Virus record (IMG/VR): IMGVR_UViG_3300044638_007755
Direction: 5' to 3' (one strand)
From: an uncultured virus (IMG/VR IMGVR_UViG_3300044638_007755)
Lineage: Duplodnaviria; Heunggongvirae; Uroviricota; Caudoviricetes
DNA length: 64,000 bases
Part shown: one piece after another, positions 40,225-49,649 of the stretch
How positions within the stretch are numbered: position 1 is the first letter of the stretch
Layout of the letters: each line of letters opens with the position of its first letter
Position numbers and translations under genes: made by a program
Notes under the pieces: generated by a model
Database searches by the model: none
Seen by the model: the letters and a program-made list of their open reading frames with translations, nothing else
What the model was told of the DNA's origin: nothing

Positions 40225-40362
40225 TTATCTCCTATTAATTAGTACTAGTAGTCCAGTGAGAGTGGCAACTTCAAAATGATGATTGATCATATTTGTGTCA
40301 CCAGTAAAAGAATGATAAAAATACAGTATATATAATATGTAAAAACATGTTCTTGTAATCAA
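40225..40362 (-). CDS. Small unannotated hydrophobic ORF (45 aa)
   Basis: TTG overlaps the deaminase stop (TTGA). Translates as MITRTCFYILYILYFYHSFTGDTNMINHHFEVATLTGLLVLINRR and ends 1 nt before the nrdJ ATG, filling the gap exactly. Confidence 0.55.
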   Translation of the reverse strand: MITRTCFYILYILYFYHSFTGDTNMINHHFEVATLTGLLVLINRR

Positions 40363-40826
40363 GATACACCACAAAGCTGTTTCAGCCAAGAAAGATCTGG
40401 AGAAATTTTTTCCACAGAAATTCCACTCATTTTAACAAATAAGTCAAATTTTTCTGAAGCTTCAGCATCAAACAACTTTGTACCATGATCATTTGACATA
40501 ATTACTTTGGTAATTCCTTCTTGCCATAAGGCCATTATACAGTCATTACAGCATTGGCCTGAGACATAAGCGATTCCATTATCTGGACGAACAACACAAT
40601 TTGATAAAGCATTACGTTCAGCATGGATCATCCAATGATATTTTTCTGGTCTGGTTTTAGGTAATAATGAGTCATCTAGCCCTCTGGCAAATCCATTGTA
40701 TCCTACTCCCAAAATTCTATTATGATTGTCTGTTATTACGCACCCATGTTGAGTATGTATATCATGACTTCGTTGAGAAACAACTTTAGACAATCCCAAA
40801 AAATAATCCGTCCAAGATGGTCTCAT
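40359..40826 (-). CDS. dCMP deaminase
   Basis: GYNG, IHAERNA and CCNDC Zn ligands. N-terminal RPSWTDYFL. Confidence 0.92.
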   Translation of the reverse strand: MRPSWTDYFLGLSKVVSQRSHDIHTQHGCVITDNHNRILGVGYNGFARGLDDSLLPKTRPEKYHWMIHAERNALSNCVVRPDNGIAYVSGQCCNDCIMALWQEGITKVIMSNDHGTKLFDAEASEKFDLFVKMSGISVEKISPDLSWLKQLCGVS

Positions 40827-41680
40827 TTTGATCCTGTTTCCTTTGAGTTTACATGGTCTATCATACTGGAGTTGTACTTTTTGTCAAGCTCGCATAGTAT
40901 GTTTGTGTACAATAGATCGTATTCTGGCATATCCGAGGAGATCAGGTATTTTTCTTGTTTGTTTTTCAAAAAATATCCATAAACATCTTCTATGCTGTGT
41001 GAACATTTTTGGTGATGTTTAATAGCATTTTTTATATAGTTAAGCTGAATATTCTTAAGTAAAAAAAATATATGTATAGCTCTTTCATGAACATACGCGC
41101 TCATAGGTTCATATTTAAATTGTTCTATCATCGGCATATACCAGTCTACAAATGAGCGCAGAGTATTTTGATGCATCATCATGTTTGTGGTGGTGAGCCA
41201 GTATTTTTCTTGAGATCCATAATTATTTATAAAATTTAATAGATCAATATTATATGTTTTATGAATTGCTAGTTCTAGTATTGGTGTGCTTCTATAGAAC
41301 ACACGATGGTTAACAGGAGCTATAGAATATCCATAAATAGATGGTTTGGTTTCATTGGAAATAGCAAATGTATTTTTATTATGTAGTTCTTGAGAATACT
41401 CGATATCATATTCTAATAAACATAAATGATTAGAATTGTATAGTTTATTTTTAGAAATAGCGTACCATGCTGTAAAGCTACATAGATTGGCACATTCTTC
41501 TATATTTTTTGGTAATTTATTACAGACAATTACGTTAGATAGTGGTTTAAGTTGATTAGTTTCTCTGTTACCAACAAATAGAAAACGATAATTAGGTAGC
41601 GTATTAAATTTTTTTGTATCCAAAAATTCAATAATAGATTCTTGACTATGACAAACTATAAAATAGTCTATACTAGACAT
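40823..41680 (-). CDS. Glycosyltransferase-like protein (GT-A-like)
   Basis: Start reassigned to MSSIDYFIVCH (TAATG overlap at 41680). Contains FTAWYAI, LLEYD and HER. Confidence 0.55.
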   Translation of the reverse strand: MSSIDYFIVCHSQESIIEFLDTKKFNTLPNYRFLFVGNRETNQLKPLSNVIVCNKLPKNIEECANLCSFTAWYAISKNKLYNSNHLCLLEYDIEYSQELHNKNTFAISNETKPSIYGYSIAPVNHRVFYRSTPILELAIHKTYNIDLLNFINNYGSQEKYWLTTTNMMMHQNTLRSFVDWYMPMIEQFKYEPMSAYVHERAIHIFFLLKNIQLNYIKNAIKHHQKCSHSIEDVYGYFLKNKQEKYLISSDMPEYDLLYTNILCELDKKYNSSMIDHVNSKETGSK

Positions 41681-42534
41681 TACCAGTAACATCCTTTTTC
41701 TACAGACATATAAGATTCCGGAGTTTCTTCGGGCAAAGGTCGTGTCCAGTATTCGTTGTGGAACCTCATAATACCGCTGTTGGTTTCCCATCTCCTGCCC
41801 ATAACACCAAATAATATCTGAACTGGACCTCCTAAATGAATCGCTGTTTTTTTAACTACTTCCTTAATAAAAGATCCTAAAGGCAACCCAAAAGCGCCAC
41901 ACCCAATAATCGCTATATCAAAATCTATATTTAGTATTTCATTCTTCATTTTATCTAAGCTCTCAAACCAATCAGCTTGTTTACCATAATTTTGGTCGGC
42001 TTTTAAGGTTGTAAGATAGAAATTTGGTAAAATTTTTGTCTCTCTAAAAAGATGTTCTCTTTTAAGAAAATTATTTTGTATGCTATTAACAAATGGATGA
42101 ATAACTAGAATTTTCTTGTCCTGTAAAAAAGCACTCCATGGATTATCTGGGAAATAATAAGGCTCTAGACTAGTTAATCTAATATAATCTGCTTCTGGAC
42201 AAAAGGTATCTACTAACCAATCGTAACCAATAACACCCCAAACTCCAACAACGTCAAGAGTTCTAATTCCTCTTATATATGTATCTACAAATTTTTGGTA
42301 ATTATCATCTGTTAAAGGATATATTCCTGCTACTTTAAATGCTCTCTCTCTAACGTGGTGTGGAACTTTTTCTTTATATCTATAAATTTTTTGAACGATC
42401 TCACACTCTGTTCCACCAGATCTACCAGCGAAAAATATTTTATCAGATTTTAATTTATCTATTAATAGATTATTACCATCTACAGCTGTGGGTATAGGCT
42501 TGCTATAGTTTTGATCTGCTATTTTGGTTTTCAT
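41680..42534 (-). CDS. Polysaccharide-biosynthesis-associated protein (GT-D-fold-like, putative)
   Basis: AGRSGGTE, KKILVIHPF and FDIAIIGCGAFGLPL...AIHLGG. Confidence 0.6.
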   Translation of the reverse strand: MKTKIADQNYSKPIPTAVDGNNLLIDKLKSDKIFFAGRSGGTECEIVQKIYRYKEKVPHHVRERAFKVAGIYPLTDDNYQKFVDTYIRGIRTLDVVGVWGVIGYDWLVDTFCPEADYIRLTSLEPYYFPDNPWSAFLQDKKILVIHPFVNSIQNNFLKREHLFRETKILPNFYLTTLKADQNYGKQADWFESLDKMKNEILNIDFDIAIIGCGAFGLPLGSFIKEVVKKTAIHLGGPVQILFGVMGRRWETNSGIMRFHNEYWTRPLPEETPESYMSVEKGCYW

Positions 42535-43229
42535 AATTTTAGTTGTTTTAAGTCTTTGATCAGATTCATGTGAGAATAGTGTTCGGCATTATTGGTAAAT
42601 TGTAAAAAGTGACTAAAGATGGTGTCTAATACCTGATCAGATATATGCCAAGGAGATCTATTATGCTCATTTTTTTGATTTTCTATTATCATCTCCCACT
42701 CTGCCGAAAAATAGTCGAGAAGATCAATATATCTAATATGACTAGGATTATCAGATATAATTGGATCAATAATTTTAGCTTTATATTTTTCTCTATTTTG
42801 TAGGAATTTGGTTTTATCTATTGTGCTGTCCTCTAAGTTTAGATGTCTATGGATAGCTGCTGGCATATCAATGATCATAGTTGGTATCGGCTTATTATCT
42901 GGTCCTCTGACCTCTAATATGTTTCTTAAAATAGCTGACCAAACATAAAATAGCGTAGTATGAGACTTAGCAACCATAGCAGAATTAGCCCAAGAGTTAA
43001 TAATCAGTATATTATCGGGCCGCATAGCAGAGAATAAAAAATTCACACCACACCAGCCCCACTTGGTTCTGAACTGGAATAGCCTTCTATTATTCTGTTT
43101 AAAAAGATATTCTAGTCTATTAAGATAGCAATATCCAAGAGCTAGAGTATATCCACCGTTAAGATGAATTGCTTCATCATAATCAGAAGACAGCCGCCAT
43201 TCGTTAGTGGGTTCTTTAGGTTCTTTCAT
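42531..43229 (-). CDS. Hypothetical protein
   Basis: ATGA-coupled on both sides. C-terminal IRYIDL...SPWH weakly suggests an SGNH-like fold. Confidence 0.6.
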   Translation of the reverse strand: MKEPKEPTNEWRLSSDYDEAIHLNGGYTLALGYCYLNRLEYLFKQNNRRLFQFRTKWGWCGVNFLFSAMRPDNILIINSWANSAMVAKSHTTLFYVWSAILRNILEVRGPDNKPIPTMIIDMPAAIHRHLNLEDSTIDKTKFLQNREKYKAKIIDPIISDNPSHIRYIDLLDYFSAEWEMIIENQKNEHNRSPWHISDQVLDTIFSHFLQFTNNAEHYSHMNLIKDLKQLKL

Positions 43230-43990
43230 GAAAGATAATACTTATAAAAGTTAGATATTTCTGTATCGCTATAAAAATGACGAATTTTTTTATTATCATA
43301 TACTTTATCCAAGATTTCTTGAGAAAATTTTATATTTTCTAATAGCTGTTTGTATAAGTCATAGTACCACTTGGTTTTGGATTCATTTTCTGACACCAGC
43401 AAAATATCGCTTGTGTTCAACCAAGAATTAACCATTTCATGATTATCTCTTAAGTTTTCCTGCCTATATACTAGAGTTTTATATTTATCTTGATTAATCA
43501 GAATATATCCTTGGTTGGTATTGAATGAATAATTATATATATCTATATCAAAAAAATTACGAATATTATTATTGAACCAACAGTCTTTTTGATCAAACAT
43601 ATTATCGTTAGACAAACAGTTTAAAAGTTTCTGTATTATCAAATTAATATCAAGCTTTTTGATTTCTTCTTTATTATGGCCTAAAAAGTACTTACCTCCT
43701 CCAGAATACTGAGTTAAATTATTGAGTCTGCCTTCTTTGGTGATCCATGTAAAAAGAGCAGATATTGTTCTGGCTATAGGGTCGCGTACCCCCGTGACTA
43801 TATAGATAGATTCCTGAGAAGATAATAGTTGTTCTATATTAGTATAATTATTTGTTGTATTCAGATGGTTGTCAAAATATGGTTTGAAATTATGAAAATG
43901 ATGAGCATCTGTTTTATTAGATATGCTACGAAATAAACTTGTAGATCCTATCCTACCATAAGTATATATGAATGCTAATTTTTTGTTCAT
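43226..43990 (-). CDS. Sulfotransferase-fold protein (NKWYS / capsular polysaccharide synthesis family-like)
   Basis: YTYGRIGSTSL (5'-PSB-like), VRDPIARTIS (3'-PB-like) and NESKTKWYYDLY. Confidence 0.75.
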   Translation of the reverse strand: MNKKLAFIYTYGRIGSTSLFRSISNKTDAHHFHNFKPYFDNHLNTTNNYTNIEQLLSSQESIYIVTGVRDPIARTISALFTWITKEGRLNNLTQYSGGGKYFLGHNKEEIKKLDINLIIQKLLNCLSNDNMFDQKDCWFNNNIRNFFDIDIYNYSFNTNQGYILINQDKYKTLVYRQENLRDNHEMVNSWLNTSDILLVSENESKTKWYYDLYKQLLENIKFSQEILDKVYDNKKIRHFYSDTEISNFYKYYLS

Positions 43991-45321
43991 TATGTGTTAA
44001 TAATTTGTTTACCTAAAGAATACAACCACTCCTCAAATTCTACTAAGTGGTTCTTAATACTGGTATGCTGGTCCGTGATTGTTCTTATCTCTTTTACATT
44101 ATCTGGTTTGGTAAGGTCGCCATTAAATAGTTTATTGCAGTCATGAGGGGATAATATGCGCCCCATACAATAAAAGTCGTCTGGGAAAAATCTTGTTTTA
44201 GCTAAAATAAACATTGGTATACTATATAATACTGGTAAATTACATCCTGAACAGTTCGTTCCTATAAGACCGTAGCAATGTTCATTATAAAAAATTACTT
44301 GTTCTTCTAAGTTTTTTGCTATTATTATAGGATCATCTAATGTTAATAATTTACAAATATCTTCTTCTCTATTATCACAAGCTATGATGACTGGTTTAAA
44401 ACCTTGATTCTTAATAGCTTCACATATTTCTTGTATTTGAGATGTTGTTTCTAGTCCAGCTCTGCTCGGATAATCATTTCTAATTAAAATTGCTAAATAC
44501 TTGCCATCAATTAATCTATTCTTGTTATCTCTTAGCTCTCTTTTTGGGACGTATAATAAGTCTTTAATTGGTTTGGTTCCTTGTTTCATCGGTCCTGGTC
44601 TTTTTGAGACAGCCTCTGTTTCATTATCTCTATAACTGTCTAGTGCTTGAGTTAGACTATAGGATAGGTTTTTTATATCATTCAAATTATTATCGTTTTC
44701 CCCCAACATATAATACCAATCCATTTTATCATTCCAATCATTAACAACCCATATTTCATCAATGCCCTCTAGTTTTGATACTGGGTTCTTACAAATATGC
44801 ATATTAGGTTGCATAATTAATATTTTATATGATTCTTTTTCTTCTAGTAATCTTTCTTTCATTCTCACAATCGCCCTGAAAGAATCCTGAAAGTGTTTAG
44901 TGTTGATGGCATTAGCAATAAAAATAGAAGTATTAGCATCAATATTTTTATTAGATATTTTTTCTTTAGTAATATTTATTTTATTATAATCAGAACCTAT
45001 GCCTAAAATAATTTTTTCAAAACCTTTCCTAGCGTTAGCGTATTGATTAATTTCATGAGTATCCTTAGCCGTAGTATTAATATTATCAATCCACTGATTT
45101 TGTTGAGAATATGTTCCTATATATCGATTAATTTTCCACCTATAAGAGCCGCAACCATGATGTTTAAAATTATCTTGAAATTTTGAATATAGATTTTCTA
45201 CAAACACATGAATAGCCAAACAATGTTTGCATTGATAAGAAAAATCTGAACCTAAGAAGATTATTCTTTGCTTATCATCATTATGACAGCTTGGGCAGAC
45301 GTAGTCGTCTTTAGAAATCAT
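43990..45321 (-). CDS. Hypothetical protein: N-terminal Zn ribbon plus possible GT-B-like C-terminus
   Basis: CPSC...CKHC, then YLAILIRND...LIGTNCSG...LYSIPM. Confidence 0.55.
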   Translation of the reverse strand: MISKDDYVCPSCHNDDKQRIIFLGSDFSYQCKHCLAIHVFVENLYSKFQDNFKHHGCGSYRWKINRYIGTYSQQNQWIDNINTTAKDTHEINQYANARKGFEKIILGIGSDYNKINITKEKISNKNIDANTSIFIANAINTKHFQDSFRAIVRMKERLLEEKESYKILIMQPNMHICKNPVSKLEGIDEIWVVNDWNDKMDWYYMLGENDNNLNDIKNLSYSLTQALDSYRDNETEAVSKRPGPMKQGTKPIKDLLYVPKRELRDNKNRLIDGKYLAILIRNDYPSRAGLETTSQIQEICEAIKNQGFKPVIIACDNREEDICKLLTLDDPIIIAKNLEEQVIFYNEHCYGLIGTNCSGCNLPVLYSIPMFILAKTRFFPDDFYCMGRILSPHDCNKLFNGDLTKPDNVKEIRTITDQHTSIKNHLVEFEEWLYSLGKQIINT

Positions 45322-45334
45322 TTTTTGTTCCTAA

Positions 45335-46096
45335 TTAATCGTACTTAATAGTAGTAGTATCGTAAGCTACAACAAGCTCTTTAAGCGCTTCAAGACTAGA
45401 CTCTATTTTTTCCTGATTGTATGTATTAATAATTTGATTAAAAAAGGTTTTTCTTAACGGATTTCCACGACCTATGTGTCTCAAGTATTGATTTTGTTTC
45501 CGATCATTAAACATCCAGTCGTTTATTACTTCAAATTTAGAACTTTTGATTAAGTAACTCTGTAGGCAGTGCTGTTCCCATGGATGATTAAGATTATACT
45601 TGTCGTCTTGATTTTGTTGATACCAAGTTTTGAAAAAATCAAGAGCTTTGGAATTGGGCCTAAACAGAAAAAAACCGGAGCATGGCAAGAAGCGATGCCA
45701 TGGTTGGTTGTTCATGAAAAACACATCAAACTTCATGTTCAAATTTTTATTCAATACATTCTTGCTTCGGTCAATGTAATCAGTTAAAGAAGTTTCGTGA
45801 TGACTGAAAACACAATCCGAGTCCAGATATACAACAAAATCGTATTTGTAACCTTCTTCTATGGCCTTAATGCAAGAAAGAATTTTAGACCATGCCGCAT
45901 GTCTGGGTTTTTTAGTTGGAGATAGACAATTAGCCAACTCAACTTTGCCTTTTATCAAAGGCCTAAAGTACTTGAAGTCATATTTGTGCAGACAAGAATA
46001 CTCGTAATTTATTATTGCAGATAATGTGTTGTATTCGCATTTTTCCAAATCAAACTCAACATCTCTATTGTCGGACATGATAACTTGCATATTCAT
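45335..46096 (-). CDS. GT34-like (GMA12/MNN10) glycosyltransferase
   Basis: WSKIL, YDFVVYLDSD (DxD), CSGFFL and WEQ. Confidence 0.75.
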   Translation of the reverse strand: MNMQVIMSDNRDVEFDLEKCEYNTLSAIINYEYSCLHKYDFKYFRPLIKGKVELANCLSPTKKPRHAAWSKILSCIKAIEEGYKYDFVVYLDSDCVFSHHETSLTDYIDRSKNVLNKNLNMKFDVFFMNNQPWHRFLPCSGFFLFRPNSKALDFFKTWYQQNQDDKYNLNHPWEQHCLQSYLIKSSKFEVINDWMFNDRKQNQYLRHIGRGNPLRKTFFNQIINTYNQEKIESSLEALKELVVAYDTTTIKYD

Positions 46097-46677
46097 TATT
46101 TGATATCCACATACCAGCAGGATCGAGATTCTTTAAAAACTTTAGCCGAATCGCCAAAGGTCTCTCCTACCGCAGTTGAAACTCCCGCCGCTTGATAGTC
46201 ATGTCCAGAAATAATACCACCTTTTTTAATTTTGGGCAACCATGCTTCTATATCTTTTTTTACATAATCGTACCAGTGGTTTCCGTCTATAAAAACAAAA
46301 TCTAATGATTCATTTTCAAACAACGAGGCGGCAGCAGAACTATCGCTTTTTATAAGTTCAACAAAATGATTACATCCAACTTCATTTAATCTATTGACAA
46401 CGAAATTATACTTGTATTCACCAAGTTTTTCCAATCTATCTTTGTCAGACAAGCCTTTTATGTCATACAAATATTCAATTTGTTCTTTTCCCGCCCAAGT
46501 TTCAAATAAATCAACTCCGTATATTTTTACGCCATCTTTGCTTTTGACTTTTTGGGCTAAAAAACTAATTGACAAGCCAAAAAATACGCCAACTTCAACA
46601 AAAGTTTTAAAATTTTGCTCTGCTATAAACTCGTAAAAATTAGCATAATTGAACCAATTGGTTTCGTTTTTTATCAT
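46096..46677 (-). CDS. Class I SAM-dependent methyltransferase (Methyltransf_24-like)
   Basis: FVEVGVFFGLS, LDFVFIDGNH and KKGGIISGHDY. Confidence 0.9.
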   Translation of the reverse strand: MIKNETNWFNYANFYEFIAEQNFKTFVEVGVFFGLSISFLAQKVKSKDGVKIYGVDLFETWAGKEQIEYLYDIKGLSDKDRLEKLGEYKYNFVVNRLNEVGCNHFVELIKSDSSAAASLFENESLDFVFIDGNHWYDYVKKDIEAWLPKIKKGGIISGHDYQAAGVSTAVGETFGDSAKVFKESRSCWYVDIK

Positions 46678-46678
46678 T

Positions 46679-47416
46679 TCAATCCTCCTCCTTAAATCTC
46701 TTTATTAACCACTTTTCGGTCGTCTTATTGCTTGAGGGACCAACTAGGTTGCACCTGACTAAACTCTTTTTGTCAAGCACATATCTAGGTATGACCTTTT
46801 GTTGCATCTGGCTTCTCAGTATGCACTCTGCGTGTCCTCCGTCTTGTACCCACGGCTTTCGGTCGTCTGCTGCGAAGAATTCCTTGCTATAGATCGTGTC
46901 TAAGAATTTGACATTTGCAACGAACGCGGCGTCATCAAAATGCCATATCTTAGGATCGGACTTCACCAGATCGTGGTTGGTGGTGTTAAATACATTGAAG
47001 TTGTTTCTACTCTCCAGAACCTTGTGTTGCTCGGGATTTCCTTCATATTCCAAGCACATCATATCGTGCGAAGAATTCTTGATGAAATCAACCAATTCCT
47101 CATAAAATTCACGATCTTTCTGGACACTAAATACATCATCGTGAAAAAAAATAAACTTGGTGAAGTTATTTTCCTTCACATAGTCTACGATTCTCTTAAT
47201 ACATTCGGCATACAAAATTCCATTAAAAATTTTTATCTCTTTGAAAACATTGTATTTTTTTAATATTTCTTTTCTATACTCATCAGGAGAATTATGAAAT
47301 GACATTATGGAGTGATCAAATTGGCTGATGAAAAAGTTAAGGTTCTCATCTCTAGCCTTCCAATCATAAAGCTTTGATCTTTTGTCGCCATGGGTTTGGG
47401 TAAAAACACATATCAT
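46679..47416 (-). CDS. Glycosyltransferase-like protein (GT-A)
   Basis: FIFFHDD motif. AAAGGAG RBS. Confidence 0.55.
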   Translation of the reverse strand: MICVFTQTHGDKRSKLYDWKARDENLNFFISQFDHSIMSFHNSPDEYRKEILKKYNVFKEIKIFNGILYAECIKRIVDYVKENNFTKFIFFHDDVFSVQKDREFYEELVDFIKNSSHDMMCLEYEGNPEQHKVLESRNNFNVFNTTNHDLVKSDPKIWHFDDAAFVANVKFLDTIYSKEFFAADDRKPWVQDGGHAECILRSQMQQKVIPRYVLDKKSLVRCNLVGPSSNKTTEKWLIKRFKEED

Positions 47417-47443
47417 AAGTTTCTCCTTTCTTTATACTATAGT

Positions 47444-47626
47444 TTAGGTTATATCTTGCCAAGAATGATAGGCGCTTTGAGTATACTTCTTCTCTTGTCT
47501 CCAATCAACATGTATCAAATCTATATGTTCAAATCTTTCATTAGAAAGGTTTTGATACAAACAGTAAAGATTGTAGGATAGAACTTCGGGCGTGGTTTTG
47601 AACCATTGTGTGAATAATATTTTCAT
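47444..47626 (-). pseudogene. Internally deleted paralog of 48936-49586
   Basis: The first 31 aa and the LIHVDWR tail match the 216-aa gene. About 149 codons between them, including SNSDVYFD, are missing in frame. Confidence 0.8.
47534..47626. repeat. 93-bp imperfect direct repeat, copy 1 (copy 2 at 49494-49586)
   Basis: Manual alignment gives 11 mismatches in 93 nt with no gaps. Confidence 0.9.
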
Positions 47627-48252
47627 AGTTTAAGAATCTCTCTCATAGCTTCAAGTTTGGTCCTTTTGTTTTTTAAGCACGCATCTTGAGGACAATGAAC
47701 AAGTGGAGCCGTTTTTGGGTAATCAACAACATAATTAATTTTATTAAATTGATCTTCTTTAAATCCTCTGGCTATCATCATCATGTCTGATGTGTGCGGT
47801 TTTTTATAATTATTGTCTATGCATTTTTCATTGTCTCTTAATTCGCAGAAAATTTTGCACACCCCGAGATATTGTTCCGCTGTTCCTGAAACAACACATG
47901 GAACGTGTCCTTGAAATCCTGTAATAATTTTTTGTTGAAAAATAGAATCGTCTGTTAAACTCAGATTAGCAACATCGTAATCTATCATTATACCGCCGCC
48001 AATTTTAGACATAGCTAGCCATCTAATATAGCAGTGATAATCATAGAAGGCTGGATTAACAGAAGGCAATTGTTTAATAACTTCAGAATAGCTTGAATAA
48101 AAATCATGCGATTTGGCTAATTCATAATTTAAAACTACAAGTTTCCAACCATTTTTCTCCCAAGATTCTGCACAAATTTTAATTAGATCTTCTTCTGCGT
48201 AATTTCTACCCATCCCCAGAGGCTCATAATATGTGTATACTGTTTTGGTCAT
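47623..48252 (-). CDS. GT-A-like protein with DxD motif
   Basis: CYIRWLAM...GGGIMIDYDV (GT32-like pattern). Confidence 0.55.
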   Translation of the reverse strand: MTKTVYTYYEPLGMGRNYAEEDLIKICAESWEKNGWKLVVLNYELAKSHDFYSSYSEVIKQLPSVNPAFYDYHCYIRWLAMSKIGGGIMIDYDVANLSLTDDSIFQQKIITGFQGHVPCVVSGTAEQYLGVCKIFCELRDNEKCIDNNYKKPHTSDMMMIARGFKEDQFNKINYVVDYPKTAPLVHCPQDACLKNKRTKLEAMREILKL

Positions 48253-48255
48253 TTG

Positions 48256-48939
48256 TCAAATCAACTTATCTAGGGTTATAATTTCATCGAAAGTCGGATA
48301 TACATCAAGAATATTTTTTACAACTTTTGGGAAATAGCTATCGTATTTGAAATGATAAACATTTATTTTAGTGTGAATCTGTTCTACTGTTGGTCCCACC
48401 CATCCTTCAAGACAATGATGTCCATCAGAAACGCGCATATCATGAACATAACAAACTTTTGCTGATGCTCGGAAAGTATTTATGTGACCATCAGGTATAT
48501 CTGTTGTGCTTGAATATTTGAATTGATCAAATAGGCTCTTATCTCTTTCTACTTTAGATAGAACCACTTTATCGTTCACTACATTAAATCTTTGTACCAA
48601 TTCGCCAACATTACATTTATTTTTTGGACAATCAAAAAACTCTTCATTAAACTCAATGAATTCATCGTGATCTGCTATTAAGCTGACTCTATCATCAAAA
48701 CTAATTAATTCATTTATATATTTTGTTTTGGCATCCTCAGTAAATTTTTTATCCCAAAATTGTATATTCCTTTTATTTTGTGGTACCATTTCATAAAAAG
48801 AATCTAATATATCTTTATTTTTATAATTAAACACTAAAGAAAATTCGTCAACATATGGGTTATAATAGTTTATGAAATGATAAAATAGATCTATGTCTAC
48901 AATTTCCACTCCTATTACTGATATTAATTGTCTCTTCAT
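48256..48939 (-). CDS. GT2-like glycosyltransferase (Glyco_tranf_2_4-like)
   Basis: HFINYY, IADHDEF, GHH and VYHFK. Confidence 0.65.
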   Translation of the reverse strand: MKRQLISVIGVEIVDIDLFYHFINYYNPYVDEFSLVFNYKNKDILDSFYEMVPQNKRNIQFWDKKFTEDAKTKYINELISFDDRVSLIADHDEFIEFNEEFFDCPKNKCNVGELVQRFNVVNDKVVLSKVERDKSLFDQFKYSSTTDIPDGHINTFRASAKVCYVHDMRVSDGHHCLEGWVGPTVEQIHTKINVYHFKYDSYFPKVVKNILDVYPTFDEIITLDKLI

Positions 48940-49586
48940 TTTTCTATATATGGCAAGTTTGGGCGTTCTTTATAAATTATATATTGTTCTTGACTGTATA
49001 TTTTTGAACCTCTCCAGTCAACATGTATCAATTCAACATTATCAAAAAGACTAAATACTTCTATTCCAAATTCTTGAGCGCTTATTCTGAAACTATTTTC
49101 GCAATGCATTACTCCAAGATTATAATTGAAATCTCCCCCTAGTTTGTTTTTGTATATCCAAGCGTCTTGACAATGCTGAGGGCTGGTTTGCTCTGTGTTA
49201 TTTGGATTATACACTAAAGAGGAGGGAATTATATTCCCATCTTTTGTCAAATCTTTTCTTGTTAATACGTATAATCTATTTTCCCACTCATTTATTTGAT
49301 CCAAAAAAGATAATGATTCATCAAAATAAACATCAGAATTAGATAGTATTTTTATGTCTTCTGGATATTCTTTATCGGCATAGTCCATCCACATTTTATA
49401 GGAAAGTCTTATTTGTATTGGAACAACAATCAGCTTTTCATTGAAAATATTACTGAACTCACAATTGTCAACAAATAGAACTAGTTTGTCTATTCTTTCA
49501 TTAGAAAGGTTTCTATACAAGCAATACAGATTGTATGTTAAAACTTCGGGCGTGGCTTTAAACCATTGTGTAAATAATATTTTCAT
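48936..49586 (-). CDS. Glycosyltransferase-like protein (GT-A)
   Basis: ILSNSDVYFD, LTRKD, CQDAWI, LGVMHCEN and LIH. Confidence 0.65.
   Translation of the reverse strand: MKILFTQWFKATPEVLTYNLYCLYRNLSNERIDKLVLFVDNCEFSNIFNEKLIVVPIQIRLSYKMWMDYADKEYPEDIKILSNSDVYFDESLSFLDQINEWENRLYVLTRKDLTKDGNIIPSSLVYNPNNTEQTSPQHCQDAWIYKNKLGGDFNYNLGVMHCENSFRISAQEFGIEVFSLFDNVELIHVDWRGSKIYSQEQYIIYKERPNLPYIEK
49494..49586. repeat. 93-bp imperfect direct repeat, copy 2
   Basis: Matches 47534-47626 with 11 mismatches. Confidence 0.9.
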
Positions 49587-49649
49587 GATAAAAGTTTTTT
49601 TATAATTTCAAAGACTTTCTGTGGACATTCTTCTGAAAATTCTTTCAGA

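Noticed and set aside
40224..40358. Cobalamin riboswitch upstream of nrdJ
   Set aside because: Only a GCCACT hexamer resembles the motif. The region is very AT-rich, lacks the other conserved elements and is better explained by a small ORF.
41681..41791. N-terminal extension of ORF 40823-41791 (and similarly 58892-58936)
   Set aside because: It lies within the upstream gene. The downstream ATGs give typical short coupled overlaps.
47534..49586. Diversity-generating retroelement TR/VR pair
   Set aside because: The mismatches between the repeats are not adenine-specific on either strand, the repeat is at the gene 5' end, and no reverse transcriptase is in the window.
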